Positions 38,344 through 48,531 of a stretch of DNA of 52,460 bases are shown in pieces. A program made the position numbers and the translations under genes. The notes beneath the pieces were generated by a model. That model saw only the letters and a list, made by a program, of their open reading frames with translations. It did not search any database and was not told where the DNA came from. Within the stretch, counting starts at the first letter, position 1. Each line of letters opens with the position of its first letter. Source of the DNA: a bacterium (GTDB taxonomy: Bacteria; Sysuimicrobiota; Sysuimicrobiia; Sysuimicrobiales; Humicultoraceae); NCBI GenBank assembly GCA_041497675.1, contig JBGQGY010000010.1:1-52460 (forward strand), read 5' to 3'.

Positions 38344-39105
38344 CTACACCGCCGGCAGATGCTCGCGCAGAAACCCGCGGACTTCCGCGAACAGGACGGC
38401 CCGATCGCGATCGAGTGTCACCAAATGACTCGAGTGGGGCAACCACAGGAGCCGGCGGACGGATGAGGCGACGCGGCTGTAGATCACCTCTGCGCTCTCA
38501 CCGGGAATCACCCAGTCCCAGCGGCCCTGCACGACGAGCAGCGGCGCCTGCACCTTCGGCAACAGCTCCCTCGTCCGGTCGAGGAGGCTCGACAGGTCCC
38601 CCACCACCCCAAGAGGGATTCGTCGATAGGACGCTCGGTACGGCATCACGTCGGCGGCGCGAGGCCCGACCCGCAGCACCACGGGCGCAAACGGCAGCAC
38701 CGGCCGCGCGACGCGCGCCAGCCGGTGCAGCAGCGGGCGAAGCCGGACCGGTGTCGCCATGGCGATCACGGCGGCCGGCGCAGCCGTTGCAGGACCAGCG
38801 GCCGTGGTCGCGGCCAGGTGCAGGGCAAGCGAGCCGCCCATCGACAATCCTCCGACCGCGATCGTGCGACACTGCTTGGCGAGCGCATCGTAGGCGCGTT
38901 GCGCCGACGCGATCCAATCCTGCCAGGACGTCTTTGCAAGATCTTCCGGTGAGGTACCGTGGCCGGCCAGCCGCGCGATGTGCACGGTCAGACCATCCTG
39001 AGCGAGCGCCTCGGCCAAGGGGACCATCTCGAGCGGCGATCCCGTGAAGCCGTGCAAGAGGAGACACCCGCGGTCTCCTCCTGCGTACCTGATGTCGTCG
39101 ACCAC
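38344..39105 (-). CDS. Carboxylesterase (alpha/beta hydrolase, Est/YvaK-like)
   Basis: LLLHGFTGSP, LAGHGT, nucleophile GLSMGG, QGRWD, SSH; start approximate. Confidence 0.88.
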   Translation of the reverse strand: MVDDIRYAGGDRGCLLLHGFTGSPLEMVPLAEALAQDGLTVHIARLAGHGTSPEDLAKTSWQDWIASAQRAYDALAKQCRTIAVGGLSMGGSLALHLAATTAAGPATAAPAAVIAMATPVRLRPLLHRLARVARPVLPFAPVVLRVGPRAADVMPYRASYRRIPLGVVGDLSSLLDRTRELLPKVQAPLLVVQGRWDWVIPGESAEVIYSRVASSVRRLLWLPHSSHLVTLDRDRAVLFAEVRGFLREHLPAV

Positions 39106-39125
39106 GTTTGGGCCGGCGCGGTGAA

Positions 39126-40226
39126 TTAGACGATGGCCTGGTGGGTTTGGGGGTCGAACAGGTGGAGCCGTCGGAGGTTGAAGACGACCTCGGCGGTCTG
39201 GCCCATCTTCGCCTGACTGTGCGCGTCGACGCGTGCCACGATCGAATGCGCGCCGCTGCTCAGGTAGAGGATGACGTCGGACCCGAGCGGCTCGTGGACC
39301 TCGACCATGGATCGCAGCACCCACGCCGGGTTGACGTCACGGGCGTAGACGCGGTCCTGGATGTCCTCCGGCCGTATGCCGAAGATGACCTTCTTGCCGG
39401 TCCAGTCCCGCGCCAGGCCGGCGAGGTCGGACGGCACTTCCATCGAAAACGACTCGGCGTCGATCACGGTGCCGCCGTTGCGCTGCTTGAGCGTGGCTTC
39501 GATGAAGTTCATCGCCGGGCTGCCGATGAAACCCGCCACGAACAGGTTGGCCGGTTTCTCGTAGAGATTCAGCGGCGCGTCGACCTGCTGGACCAGCCCA
39601 TCGCGCATCACCACGATTCGGTCGCCCATGGTCATCGCCTCGACCTGGTCATGGGTGACGTAGATGGTCGTGGTCTGCAGCCGGGCCTGCAGTTTCTTGA
39701 TCTCGGCGCGTGTCTGGACCCGGAGCTTCGCATCGAGGTTCGACAACGGCTCGTCCATGAGGAACACCTGCGGCTCGCGGACGATCGCCCGACCCAAAGC
39801 CACGCGCTGCCGCTGACCGCCCGACAGCTGCTTGGGTTTGCGCTCGAGCAGCTGCTCGATGCCCAGGAGTCCCGCGGTCTCTTTGACGCGACGATCGATC
39901 TCGGGCCGAGGATACTTGCGCAGCCGCAGGCCAAACGCCATGTTGTCGTACACCGACATGTGGGGATAGAGCGCGTAGTTTTGAAACACCATCGCGATGT
40001 CTCGATCTTTTGGCGCCACGTCGTTGACCAACCGATCACCGATGTAGATGTTGCCGGAGGTCGCCTCCTCGAGACCGGCGATCAACCGCAACGCGGTCGT
40101 CTTCCCACAGCCCGACGGCCCCACCAGGACGGTAAACTGCTGGTCGGGGATCTCCAACGAGATGTTGTTGACCGCCGTGACCGTACCAAACTTCTTGGAC
40201 ACACCTTCAAGGAACACGCGCGCCAT
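39126..40226 (-). CDS. Sugar ABC transporter ATP-binding protein (MalK/UgpC/MsmX type)
   Basis: GPSGCGKTT, VFQNYALYPHM, LSGGQRQR, DEPLSNLDAKLR, THDQVEAMT, GIRPED, TOBE domain. Confidence 0.95.
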   Translation of the reverse strand: MARVFLEGVSKKFGTVTAVNNISLEIPDQQFTVLVGPSGCGKTTALRLIAGLEEATSGNIYIGDRLVNDVAPKDRDIAMVFQNYALYPHMSVYDNMAFGLRLRKYPRPEIDRRVKETAGLLGIEQLLERKPKQLSGGQRQRVALGRAIVREPQVFLMDEPLSNLDAKLRVQTRAEIKKLQARLQTTTIYVTHDQVEAMTMGDRIVVMRDGLVQQVDAPLNLYEKPANLFVAGFIGSPAMNFIEATLKQRNGGTVIDAESFSMEVPSDLAGLARDWTGKKVIFGIRPEDIQDRVYARDVNPAWVLRSMVEVHEPLGSDVILYLSSGAHSIVARVDAHSQAKMGQTAEVVFNLRRLHLFDPQTHQAIV

Positions 40227-40251
40227 CGCCGCAGCCTCCGGTGGCTCGTGC

Positions 40252-41331
40252 CTATGTGGTAAGGTTTCCCCGTGCTCTCCGGGCTTCCTGCAGTCTCCGT
40301 TTGACCGCGGTGATGACGTCGATCGGCGTCGGATCGATCCCCGCCAGACAGGCCAGATACACGCTGGTGAAGTCGCCGAGCACGACGAGGGAGAGCATGC
40401 GCGCCAGGTACCCGTCGCCTTCCGACCACACCTCATCGATGCTCTTGGCCCCGCCGAAGGCCAGCGCCCGCGTCGCTTCGATCTCGCCGGCCGCGCGGTC
40501 GCCGTCGTCCCGGTCGCGCAGGATCACGACGGCGGGGCGAGTCCCGATGTCGGCGACACGTGCCCACCCAACAGTCTCGTTGTGGCTCAACTCCGGGAAT
40601 GCGTTGAAAACAGCAAATGTCTTGGCGTGCTCGTTCACCTGGGTCTTCCACCGGTACGCGACCGGCGCCAGATCCATGGTGGCCGCATAGATCACCGGCA
40701 GCGCGTCCGCCAGCCGCCGGGCCAGCTGTTTGGCACGATTCGCCGCGGTCGCGGCCGCGGGGCCCCACGCGACCGCCAGCCGACCAATCACCTGGATCGC
40801 TTCGCTCACCGGTCCCTCGTCGTATTGCGCCAAGCCGAGATCACCCATGACCCGCAGCATCGCCAACAACTGATACGGCAACGCCGAGCGTGGCGGCTGA
40901 CCCGCGGGCAGGACAACAACCGGATGGCCGAGTGCGCGGGCCCGCTCGGCCAGTGGACCGCCCGACGTGATGGCGACGATCGAAGCCCCACGATCACACG
41001 CGGACTCAAATGCCGCCAGCGTTTCCTCAGTGGAACCTGAATAGGAGCAGGCGAAGACCAGCGAGCCGCGACCGGCGAACGCGGGGAGCGTGGATGAGGC
41101 CACGGGGACCACCGGCACCGGGCAGTGCGGCGCGACGAGCGAACGGAGCAACTGACCGCCGATGCCCGAGCCACCCATGCCGGCGACAACGACGGCGGAT
41201 GGGCGAACCCTCTGTGGCGTCAGGCTGCCGGCCCGCCAGCCGTCGGCGGCCATCGCGCCGAACCGGCCGACCAGACCGAGCATCCCGCCGGCGTCGATAC
41301 GCGCGAGCGCGACGGGGTCGTCGAGGATCAT
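40252..41331 (-). CDS. Bifunctional phosphoglucose/phosphomannose isomerase (SIS fold)
   Basis: GMGGSGIGG, SYSGSTEET, PRSA, RWKTQVNEHAK, FPELSHNE, GIDPTPI...K. Confidence 0.9.
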   Translation of the reverse strand: MILDDPVALARIDAGGMLGLVGRFGAMAADGWRAGSLTPQRVRPSAVVVAGMGGSGIGGQLLRSLVAPHCPVPVVPVASSTLPAFAGRGSLVFACSYSGSTEETLAAFESACDRGASIVAITSGGPLAERARALGHPVVVLPAGQPPRSALPYQLLAMLRVMGDLGLAQYDEGPVSEAIQVIGRLAVAWGPAAATAANRAKQLARRLADALPVIYAATMDLAPVAYRWKTQVNEHAKTFAVFNAFPELSHNETVGWARVADIGTRPAVVILRDRDDGDRAAGEIEATRALAFGGAKSIDEVWSEGDGYLARMLSLVVLGDFTSVYLACLAGIDPTPIDVITAVKRRLQEARRARGNLTT

Positions 41332-41434
41332 CGACGACAGGTTCGGGCAGCCTGCGGTGATTCCCTTGCATAGTGCGGCGCATGGTGTCGCGTTGAGAGG
41401 GGCGGCCGCAGTCGACGCGAACCTACACAGCACG

Positions 41435-41779
41435 GTGGGAACACCCGATTCGGCGCGACGACTCTCGGGGGGCGAATTGCGCCAGCTGTTGGAATGGCGC
41501 CGGCGCCTCCGCGACGAGATCGTGGCGTTGCCCCGGGGAGGACAGCGCGAAGTGTTGGGCGCGATCGAAGAAGCCCGCCGCTATCGTCTCTCCGGCACGC
41601 AGGCGGCCTGGACGCCGCCGGAAATGAGCAGGGCCGAGATGATCCGCCGGCTCAAGTGGCGCATCGACGCCGCGGGGTTGGAAGAGTCGGCCGCCGGCGT
41701 GCGCGCGTTGGATCGCGCCCGGCGCGCGCACGCCGCCACCCTACAGCGGCTGTCTCGCCGCGACACCGGTCAGCGGTAA
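41435..41779 (+). CDS. Hypothetical protein (start uncertain)
   Basis: Open frame with host-like codon usage filling the gap between divergent genes; no motif recognised. Confidence 0.45.
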   Translation: MGTPDSARRLSGGELRQLLEWRRRLRDEIVALPRGGQREVLGAIEEARRYRLSGTQAAWTPPEMSRAEMIRRLKWRIDAAGLEESAAGVRALDRARRAHAATLQRLSRRDTGQR

Positions 41780-41846
41780 CTCCCGAGGTTTGGGAATATG
41801 AGCCGTGGGTTCATGCGGCCGCCGTAGTGACCGTGAGGGGTATCTG

Positions 41847-42770
41847 ATGCGCGTACTGGTAACCGGCGGAGCAGGATTCATCGGCTCACAGATCGCGGAT
41901 GCCCACGCGGCCCGCGGCGACGAGGTGATCGTCGTCGACTCTCTCGTGGGGGGCAGCCGGGAGTTCGTTCCGCGCGCCGCACGCTTCTATCAGATGGACG
42001 TCCGTGACCTGGGGCTGCGCGACGTGTTGGCGAAGGAGCGGCCGCTGATCGTCAACCATCATGCGGCCCAGGTGTCGGTCAGCGCGTCCGTCAAGGATCC
42101 GCTCTTCGACGCCGAGGTGAATGTGCTGGGCACGCTGCGTCTGCTCGAGCACTGCGTGGCGGCGGGCGTCCAGCAGCTGGTCTTTGCGTCGACCGGCGGC
42201 GCATTGTACGGTGACCCTGAAACGCTGCCGGCCGACGAATCCACGCCGATCAAGCCGCTCTCACCGTATGCGGCCGGCAAATTCGCGGCGGAAGCGTATG
42301 TCGGGTTGTTCCAGCGGGTACACGGGTTGCGCGCGTGCTGCCTGCGCTACGCGAACGTGTATGGTCCGCGGCAGGATCCCCACGGCGAGGCGGGAGTGGT
42401 GGCGATCTTTTCGCACGCGCTGCTCGACGCCCGGCCGGCCACCATCTTTGGCGACGGCGAACAGACCCGCGACTTCGTCTACGTCGACGACGTCGTGCGG
42501 GCCAACCTCCTGGCAACCGATCGGCGGATCGACGGGGCGATCAACATCGGCACCGGGAAGGCCACGACGGTCAACACGGTGTACGCGACCCTCGCCCGCG
42601 CCGCGGGCGTCTCGACCCCGCCGCGCTACGCCTCGCCGCGGCCCGGCGATGTCCGTCACATCACCTTGGCGGCCGGCCGCGCGCGCGCGCGGTTGGGCTG
42701 GGAGCCGAACGTCAATGTGGAAACCGGTTTAGCTGCGACGATCAACTGGTTCCGGCAGCGTCCATCGTGA
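41847..42770 (+). CDS. NAD-dependent epimerase (UDP-glucose 4-epimerase-like)
   Basis: VTGGAGFIGS, HHAAQVSV, STGGALYG, YAAGK, RYANVYGPRQDPHGEAGVV, RDFVYVDD. Confidence 0.9.
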   Translation: MRVLVTGGAGFIGSQIADAHAARGDEVIVVDSLVGGSREFVPRAARFYQMDVRDLGLRDVLAKERPLIVNHHAAQVSVSASVKDPLFDAEVNVLGTLRLLEHCVAAGVQQLVFASTGGALYGDPETLPADESTPIKPLSPYAAGKFAAEAYVGLFQRVHGLRACCLRYANVYGPRQDPHGEAGVVAIFSHALLDARPATIFGDGEQTRDFVYVDDVVRANLLATDRRIDGAINIGTGKATTVNTVYATLARAAGVSTPPRYASPRPGDVRHITLAAGRARARLGWEPNVNVETGLAATINWFRQRPS

Positions 42771-42814
42771 GGCAGGATTTGATCTCGCTGGACGCTAAGT
42801 GAGCCGGAGGCATC

Positions 42815-44533
42815 ATGGCCCCTGCTCGCGGAGCGTTCCTCCTGACACTGCACTCGCACCTGCCCCTGGTCCTTGGGCATGGCCGGTGGCCGCACGGCAG
42901 CGACTGGCTCTCCGAAGTCACGATCGGCTGCTATTTGCCGCTGCTGGAGCAACTCGAGTCGCTACGGGCACAGGGCGTGCGCGCCCCCGTCACTGTCAAC
43001 CTCTCACCGATTCTCTGCGAGCAGCTCGCCCATCCCTCATATCGTTCCGAGATCGAGGCGTTTCTGCAACAACGCTTGGACTCCGTTGCCGAGAACCGAG
43101 CCCACTTCGAACGCGCCGGCGAGTCCTCGCTCGCGGACCTGACGCGGTACTGGGACACCGTCTACCGACACACGCTGGAACAGTTCCACGCGTATGACGG
43201 CGACGTCGTCGGGGCCTTCCGCCGTCTGGCTGAGTCGGGTGCCATGGAGTTGATCACCTCGGCCGCCACGCACGGGTATCTACCGCTGCTCGGGCGCGAG
43301 GAGTCGATCGATCTGCAGTTACGCGTGGGGCGCGGCACGCACCTGCGGCACTTTGGGTCGCCTCCATGCGGCGCCTGGCTGCCCGAGTGCGGCTACCGGC
43401 CGCGCTACGAGTGGACCCCACCGGCCGGACCGCTCAAGGGGCAAGTCCGCCGGCGCCGCAGGGGGATCGAAGAGTTTCTCGCCGCGCACGACCTCAGGTT
43501 CTTCGTCACCGACGCGCACCTGCTGCGCGGTGGGGAGCCTCTCTCGCCCTACCGCGACTACTACCCCGCGCTGCGCACCTTGGGCGCCGGCGCCGAGCAT
43601 CCCGCCTATCATCGTGACCGCTCGCCGTACCGTCCGTACGTCGTCGCGTCACGCGGGGGCATCGGCGAAGCCGTGGCGTTCTCACGCGATCCGCTCACGA
43701 CGCTGCAGGTGTGGAGCCGCGAGGCCGGGTACCCGGGTGAGGGCTCGTATCTGGAGTTCCACAAGAAGCACTTCCCAGGCGGTATCCGCTACTGGCGCGT
43801 GACGGACCCTAAGAGCGACCTGGGCGCCAAACAGCTCTACGACCCCGAGGCTGCCGAGGCCGTCGCGCACACACACGCGGTCCACTTCGCGCACCTCGTC
43901 AGCGAGCTACTCCGCGCCGAGGCTGCAAAGTCCTCGCAGCCGGTCGTGACGTGCAATCCCTACGACACCGAGCTCTTCGGCCACTGGTGGTTTGAAGGTC
44001 CGCAGTTCATCCGTGAGGTGCTGACGCGGCTCCCGTCGCATGGCGTGACCGTCGACACGCTCGGCCACTATCTCGAGGACCACCGGCCATCCGAAGCGAT
44101 CACCCTGCTCGAAGGTTCGTGGGGAGAAGGCGGCGATCACCGCGTCTGGCTCAACCGTGACACCGAGTGGACGTGGGAGATGGCCTACGCGGCCGAAGAA
44201 GAGTTCTGGACGCTTGCCAGCGGTGTACCGTGGGAGAACCGCCCGTTCCTCGAGCGCGCGATGGCGCAGCTGGCCCGCGAGCTGCTTTTGCTCCAGGCCT
44301 CGGACTGGCAGTTTCTCATCACAACGTGGGCCGCCCGCAACTACGCCGAGACTCGTTTTGCGGAGCACTACGCGCACTTCACGCGGCTGGCGCACCTGTT
44401 CCGGCGCATCGCGGAAGGTCAGGGGCCGCAGGGCGACGACGAAGCGTTTCTCGCGGAACGAGAAGCGCAGGATTTTCCGTTCCCCGATATCGTGCAACAC
44501 GTCCGGGCCGCCCGCGAGGTGCGTTCGCTCTAA
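42815..44533 (+). CDS. GH57 1,4-alpha-glucan branching enzyme (DUF1957 C-terminus)
   Basis: LHSHLP, ATHGYLPL, nucleophile WLPECGY, acid/base PYDTELFGHWWFEG, ELLLLQASDWQF. Confidence 0.9.
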   Translation: MAPARGAFLLTLHSHLPLVLGHGRWPHGSDWLSEVTIGCYLPLLEQLESLRAQGVRAPVTVNLSPILCEQLAHPSYRSEIEAFLQQRLDSVAENRAHFERAGESSLADLTRYWDTVYRHTLEQFHAYDGDVVGAFRRLAESGAMELITSAATHGYLPLLGREESIDLQLRVGRGTHLRHFGSPPCGAWLPECGYRPRYEWTPPAGPLKGQVRRRRRGIEEFLAAHDLRFFVTDAHLLRGGEPLSPYRDYYPALRTLGAGAEHPAYHRDRSPYRPYVVASRGGIGEAVAFSRDPLTTLQVWSREAGYPGEGSYLEFHKKHFPGGIRYWRVTDPKSDLGAKQLYDPEAAEAVAHTHAVHFAHLVSELLRAEAAKSSQPVVTCNPYDTELFGHWWFEGPQFIREVLTRLPSHGVTVDTLGHYLEDHRPSEAITLLEGSWGEGGDHRVWLNRDTEWTWEMAYAAEEEFWTLASGVPWENRPFLERAMAQLARELLLLQASDWQFLITTWAARNYAETRFAEHYAHFTRLAHLFRRIAEGQGPQGDDEAFLAEREAQDFPFPDIVQHVRAAREVRSL

Positions 44534-45762
44534 TGGCACGGCCGCGCCCATCGCGACCGCGCATCCTGGGATTCATCCTCGCCGGTGGGCGGGGCGAACG
44601 GCTGCAACCCCTGACGAAAGAACGCGGCAAGCCCGCCGTCCCATTCGGGGGCAAGTATCGGATCGTCGATTTCGTGCTGTCGAACTTCGTCAACTCGGGC
44701 ATCCACGCCGTCTACGCCTTGGTGCAGTACAAATCGCAGTCGCTCATCGAGCACCTGCGCGTGGGCTGGCGCTTCGGCGGCCTGCCCGACCACTTTGTCA
44801 TCGCGGTCCCGCCACAGATGCGCTGGGGCGAGCAATGGTACCGGGGCACCGCCGACGCCGTCTATCAGAACCTCAACCTCCTGCGGGACTTCAACCCCGA
44901 CATCGTGATGATCTTCGGCGCGGATCACATCTATCGTATGGACATCAACCAAATGCTCGCCTATCACGTCGAACGCGACGCGCAGGTGACCGTTGCGGCG
45001 CTGCCGGTGCCCATCGAACAGGCCTCGGGGTTTGGGATCATCGAAGCCGACGCCGATGGCCGGATCGCCGGCTTCGAAGAGAAACCGACGCGGCCAAAAT
45101 CGATGCCCGGCGACGCCTCGCGGGCCCTCTCGTCGATGGGCAACTACATCTTCAACCGCGACATCCTCGTTGAGACCCTCATCGAAGATGCCCGCCGGAG
45201 CACCGACCACGACTTCGGCCGTACGATCATCCCAGAATTGTTCCCATACGCGGGTGTGTTCGCTTACAACTTCCTGACCAATGATGTCCCGGGGGCCAAG
45301 CCCCACGAGGAGCAGGGATACTGGCGCGACGTGGGGACGATCGGCGCGTACTGGCAGGCTCACATGGACCTGCTGGGCGCCGCGCCCCTCTTTGACCTGG
45401 ACAACCCGCAGTGGCCCATCCTCACCGCGGCCTACGGCGGGCCGGCGGCGCACCTGATCGCCGGTGACGTCACCGACTCGCTGATCGGCGAAGGCTGCCA
45501 CATCGCAAACGCCACGGTCCGTCGCTCGATCCTGGGGCGCGGTGTGCGCGTCGGGCCCGGCGCGGTTGTCGAAGAGTCGATCGTGATGGACCACACCATC
45601 GTCGGCCGCAACGCGCATCTGCGGCGCGTGATCGCCGATCGCTACAACGTCGTGGCGGACGGCGACGTGGTTGGGGTCGACCACCTGCGCGACGCACAGC
45701 GTTATCAGGTCGACGGATCAGGCATCGTCGTGCTGCCCCGGGGATCGTCTCGCTTCTCGTGA
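44533..45762 (+). CDS. glgC: Glucose-1-phosphate adenylyltransferase
   Basis: LAGGRGERLQPLT, KPAVPFGGKYR, WYRGTADAVYQN, DHIYRMD, FEEKP, SMGNY, DFG, YWRDVGT. Confidence 0.95.
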   Translation: MARPRPSRPRILGFILAGGRGERLQPLTKERGKPAVPFGGKYRIVDFVLSNFVNSGIHAVYALVQYKSQSLIEHLRVGWRFGGLPDHFVIAVPPQMRWGEQWYRGTADAVYQNLNLLRDFNPDIVMIFGADHIYRMDINQMLAYHVERDAQVTVAALPVPIEQASGFGIIEADADGRIAGFEEKPTRPKSMPGDASRALSSMGNYIFNRDILVETLIEDARRSTDHDFGRTIIPELFPYAGVFAYNFLTNDVPGAKPHEEQGYWRDVGTIGAYWQAHMDLLGAAPLFDLDNPQWPILTAAYGGPAAHLIAGDVTDSLIGEGCHIANATVRRSILGRGVRVGPGAVVEESIVMDHTIVGRNAHLRRVIADRYNVVADGDVVGVDHLRDAQRYQVDGSGIVVLPRGSSRFS

Positions 45763-48173
45763 GCGCGCTGTTCTGCATCCACGGACATTTCTACCAGCCG
45801 GCCCGCGAGCATCCATGGCTGGACGCCGTCGAGGTGGAAGACTCGGCCGCGCCCTTCCACGACTGGAACGCCCGGATCACCGCCGAATCGTATGCACCCA
45901 ACGCGGCCGCGCGCATCCTCGATGCGCGCGGCCGTATTGAACGCATCGTCAACAACTACACGACGATCTCGTTCAACTTTGGCCCCACGCTGCTGCGCTG
46001 GCTGGATCAGGCGGCGCCCGACGTCGCCGCGGCCATCCAGCACGCCGACCGGCAGAGTCTGGACGCGCGCGGGTTCGGGAACGCGCTGGCCCAGCCCTAC
46101 AACCACGTGATCATGCCGCTGGCGAGCCGCCGCGACAAGATGACGCAGGTGCGCTGGGGCCTTGCGGACTTCCGGCACCGCTTCGGCCGCCCGCCCGAAG
46201 GCCTGTGGCTCCCCGAGACGGCGGTCGACCGGCAGACCCTGGCGGTGCTGGCCGAGTGCGGCATCGGCCTGACGATCCTCTCCCCTCATCAGGCCGCGCG
46301 GATGCGGGCGATGCCCTCGGGTGAGTGGGTCGATGTCGCGCCGGACATGCTGGACGTCACGCGTCCGTATCTATGTAAACCGGCGCCAGGTTTGCAGATC
46401 GCGGTGTTCTTCTATGAACGCACGCTTGCGCGTGAAGTCGCCTTTGGCGAACTCCTCAAAAACGGCGGGGCGATGGCCGATCGGCTGGCGGGCGCGGCCG
46501 CGGAGGCCGCCTGGTCCGACGGGCGGCTCGTGCACGTCGCCACCGACGGCGAAACCTATGGACATCATCACCAGTTTGGGGAAATGGCGCTGGCCTATGC
46601 GATCCACGTGTTGGAGGGTCGCGAGGGTTCGGCCTTCACCAACTACGCGGCGTTCCTGGCCGACTACCCACCGTCCCACGAGGTCGAAATTCGCGACCTG
46701 ACCTCCTGGTCGTGTGCGCACGGGGTCGAACGGTGGCGGGCCGACTGTGGGTGTCGCACGCGGTCGGACTGGCACCAGCGGTGGCGGGCGCCGTTACGCG
46801 CTGCGCTCGACTGGCTAAAGGAGCAGGTCGACGACGTCTTCGAGCGTGCCGGTGCGGACGTCTTTCACGATCCCTGGGCCGCCCGCGACGCCTACATCGA
46901 CGTGCTGCTCGGCCGCACGAGCGAGGCGTTGCAACACTTCCTGCTGGTGCAGGCGCTGCGGCCGGGCGCACTCGACGACCGGCGGCGCGCGCTGCGGCTC
47001 CTCGAGATGCAGCGCCACGCCATGCTGATGTTCTCGTCGGACGGCTGGTTCTTCGACGAACTCTCCCGCATCGAGACGGTGCAGATCCTGCGGCACGCCG
47101 CGCGGGTGATCCAACTAGCCGGAGCGTTCAGCCTGCGGCTGAGCACTCCGTTCTTAGAGCGGCTCCGCCCGGCCGAGAGCAACCTCCCGACCTACGCCGA
47201 TGGCGTGGCCGTGTACGATCGCCTGGTCAAGCCGGCTATCGTGGACGCCCGGCGAGTTGCGGCACATTACGCCATTACGGCACTCTTCCGCGACTATCCC
47301 GACGAGACCACCGTGTACGCGTACCGCGTGACCCGCCGGCAGGGCCAGCGCGTCGCCCGCGGGGCGCGAGTCCTGCTCGTGGGCCGCGTCGACGTTGCTG
47401 AGGCGGCGACCGCCGACACGGCGACCCTGTCCTACGCGGTGCTCCACGTCGGCGGCACCGACGTGCACGCGTGCGTGCGCGACGATTGGGACGATACCCG
47501 CCACCAGACCGCGGCGGCGCAGTTGATCGAGACGTTTGAGACGGCCGGCGTCACCGAAGTGATCCGGCAGATGGACGTGGTGTGCGGCCGAGACTTCTAC
47601 ACGCTGCGCGATCTGTTCACCGATGAGCGCCGTCAGGTCATGGCGGCGCTGTCCGAGGAGACGACCCGCTCCATCGAATCGGCCTACCGGCGGCTCTTCG
47701 AGGATAGCCGGGGGCTGATGGCCGCGGTGCGGGACGCGGACGTCCCCCTCCCGCGCGAGTTTCTGGCCGCGGCAGAGTTTGTGCTCACCATCGACATCCG
47801 GCGGGCGCTCATCTCGCCCGAGCCGCTGAACGCGTCGGCATGGCATGCGCTCGCCGAGGCCCGCGCGTGGGGGATCACGCTGGCCTCCGAGATACTCGAG
47901 CCGTTGTTGCGCGCGCGGATCGAACGCGTGCTGCGGGAGGCGGACGGAGTCTTCATGGTGGAGCAGCTTGCCGACGTTCAGCGCACGCTGGACAACGCCG
48001 GGGACGCAGGCATCACGGTCAATCTGTGGCAGGCGCAGAACGTATTCCACGTGCGTCTGGCGCCCCGACTGCGAGATTCCTCCGGCGAAGTCCGCGAGGC
48101 CCTCGAGAAGATGGCCGAGCGATTGAATTTCAGCCTCGACGCGCTGCGCACACACGTAACGACGCCGTCATAG
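45759..48173 (+). CDS. GH57 family glycoside hydrolase with DUF3536 domain
   Basis: IHGHFYQP.RE.PW, FHDWN, SFNFGPTLL, YNH.IMPL, WLPET, ATDGETYGHH, SWSCAHGVERW, GWFFD. Confidence 0.9.
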   Translation: MSALFCIHGHFYQPAREHPWLDAVEVEDSAAPFHDWNARITAESYAPNAAARILDARGRIERIVNNYTTISFNFGPTLLRWLDQAAPDVAAAIQHADRQSLDARGFGNALAQPYNHVIMPLASRRDKMTQVRWGLADFRHRFGRPPEGLWLPETAVDRQTLAVLAECGIGLTILSPHQAARMRAMPSGEWVDVAPDMLDVTRPYLCKPAPGLQIAVFFYERTLAREVAFGELLKNGGAMADRLAGAAAEAAWSDGRLVHVATDGETYGHHHQFGEMALAYAIHVLEGREGSAFTNYAAFLADYPPSHEVEIRDLTSWSCAHGVERWRADCGCRTRSDWHQRWRAPLRAALDWLKEQVDDVFERAGADVFHDPWAARDAYIDVLLGRTSEALQHFLLVQALRPGALDDRRRALRLLEMQRHAMLMFSSDGWFFDELSRIETVQILRHAARVIQLAGAFSLRLSTPFLERLRPAESNLPTYADGVAVYDRLVKPAIVDARRVAAHYAITALFRDYPDETTVYAYRVTRRQGQRVARGARVLLVGRVDVAEAATADTATLSYAVLHVGGTDVHACVRDDWDDTRHQTAAAQLIETFETAGVTEVIRQMDVVCGRDFYTLRDLFTDERRQVMAALSEETTRSIESAYRRLFEDSRGLMAAVRDADVPLPREFLAAAEFVLTIDIRRALISPEPLNASAWHALAEARAWGITLASEILEPLLRARIERVLREADGVFMVEQLADVQRTLDNAGDAGITVNLWQAQNVFHVRLAPRLRDSSGEVREALEKMAERLNFSLDALRTHVTTPS

Positions 48174-48246
48174 GGTCGGCGCAAGGAGTCATCGTACAGG
48201 CCGGACCGCCACGCCGTGCGGATCGCTCGGTGAAGCCGGCGTCTGA

Positions 48247-48531
48247 TCACCGATTGGGATAAACGTCGCGACGGTGGCCGGCTCGAAACACAACCACCAC
48301 GCGCCGGTCCTCATCGATGGTATAGAGAATTCGATACTCTCCCTGATCCACGCGGAACCCCTTCCGGCCAGGAAGGACAGGGTCGCGATAACCTTTCAGC
48401 TCCTCGCTGTCATGGGGCCGGGGATTCTGGCCCAGCTCCAGTATCCGCACCACAACCTGCCGGAAGATCTTGGAGTCGAGCTGCGTGACGTGCTTGACGA
48501 CCTGCTTGTCGATTCGCAGGTCGTAGGGCAT
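48247..48531 (-). CDS. Type II toxin, RelE/ParE family
   Basis: YDLRIDKQVVK...L...NPRP...L.G...FRV..GEYRILYTID...VVVFRAGHRRDVY. Confidence 0.88.
   Translation of the reverse strand: MPYDLRIDKQVVKHVTQLDSKIFRQVVVRILELGQNPRPHDSEELKGYRDPVLPGRKGFRVDQGEYRILYTIDEDRRVVVVFRAGHRRDVYPNR

Noticed and set aside
39108..40262. 384-aa + strand ORF
   Set aside because: Antisense shadow of the sugar ABC ATPase.
48174..48246. Integron attC site next to the TA module
   Set aside because: No RYYYAAC/GTTRRRY core pair or extended hairpin could be seen.
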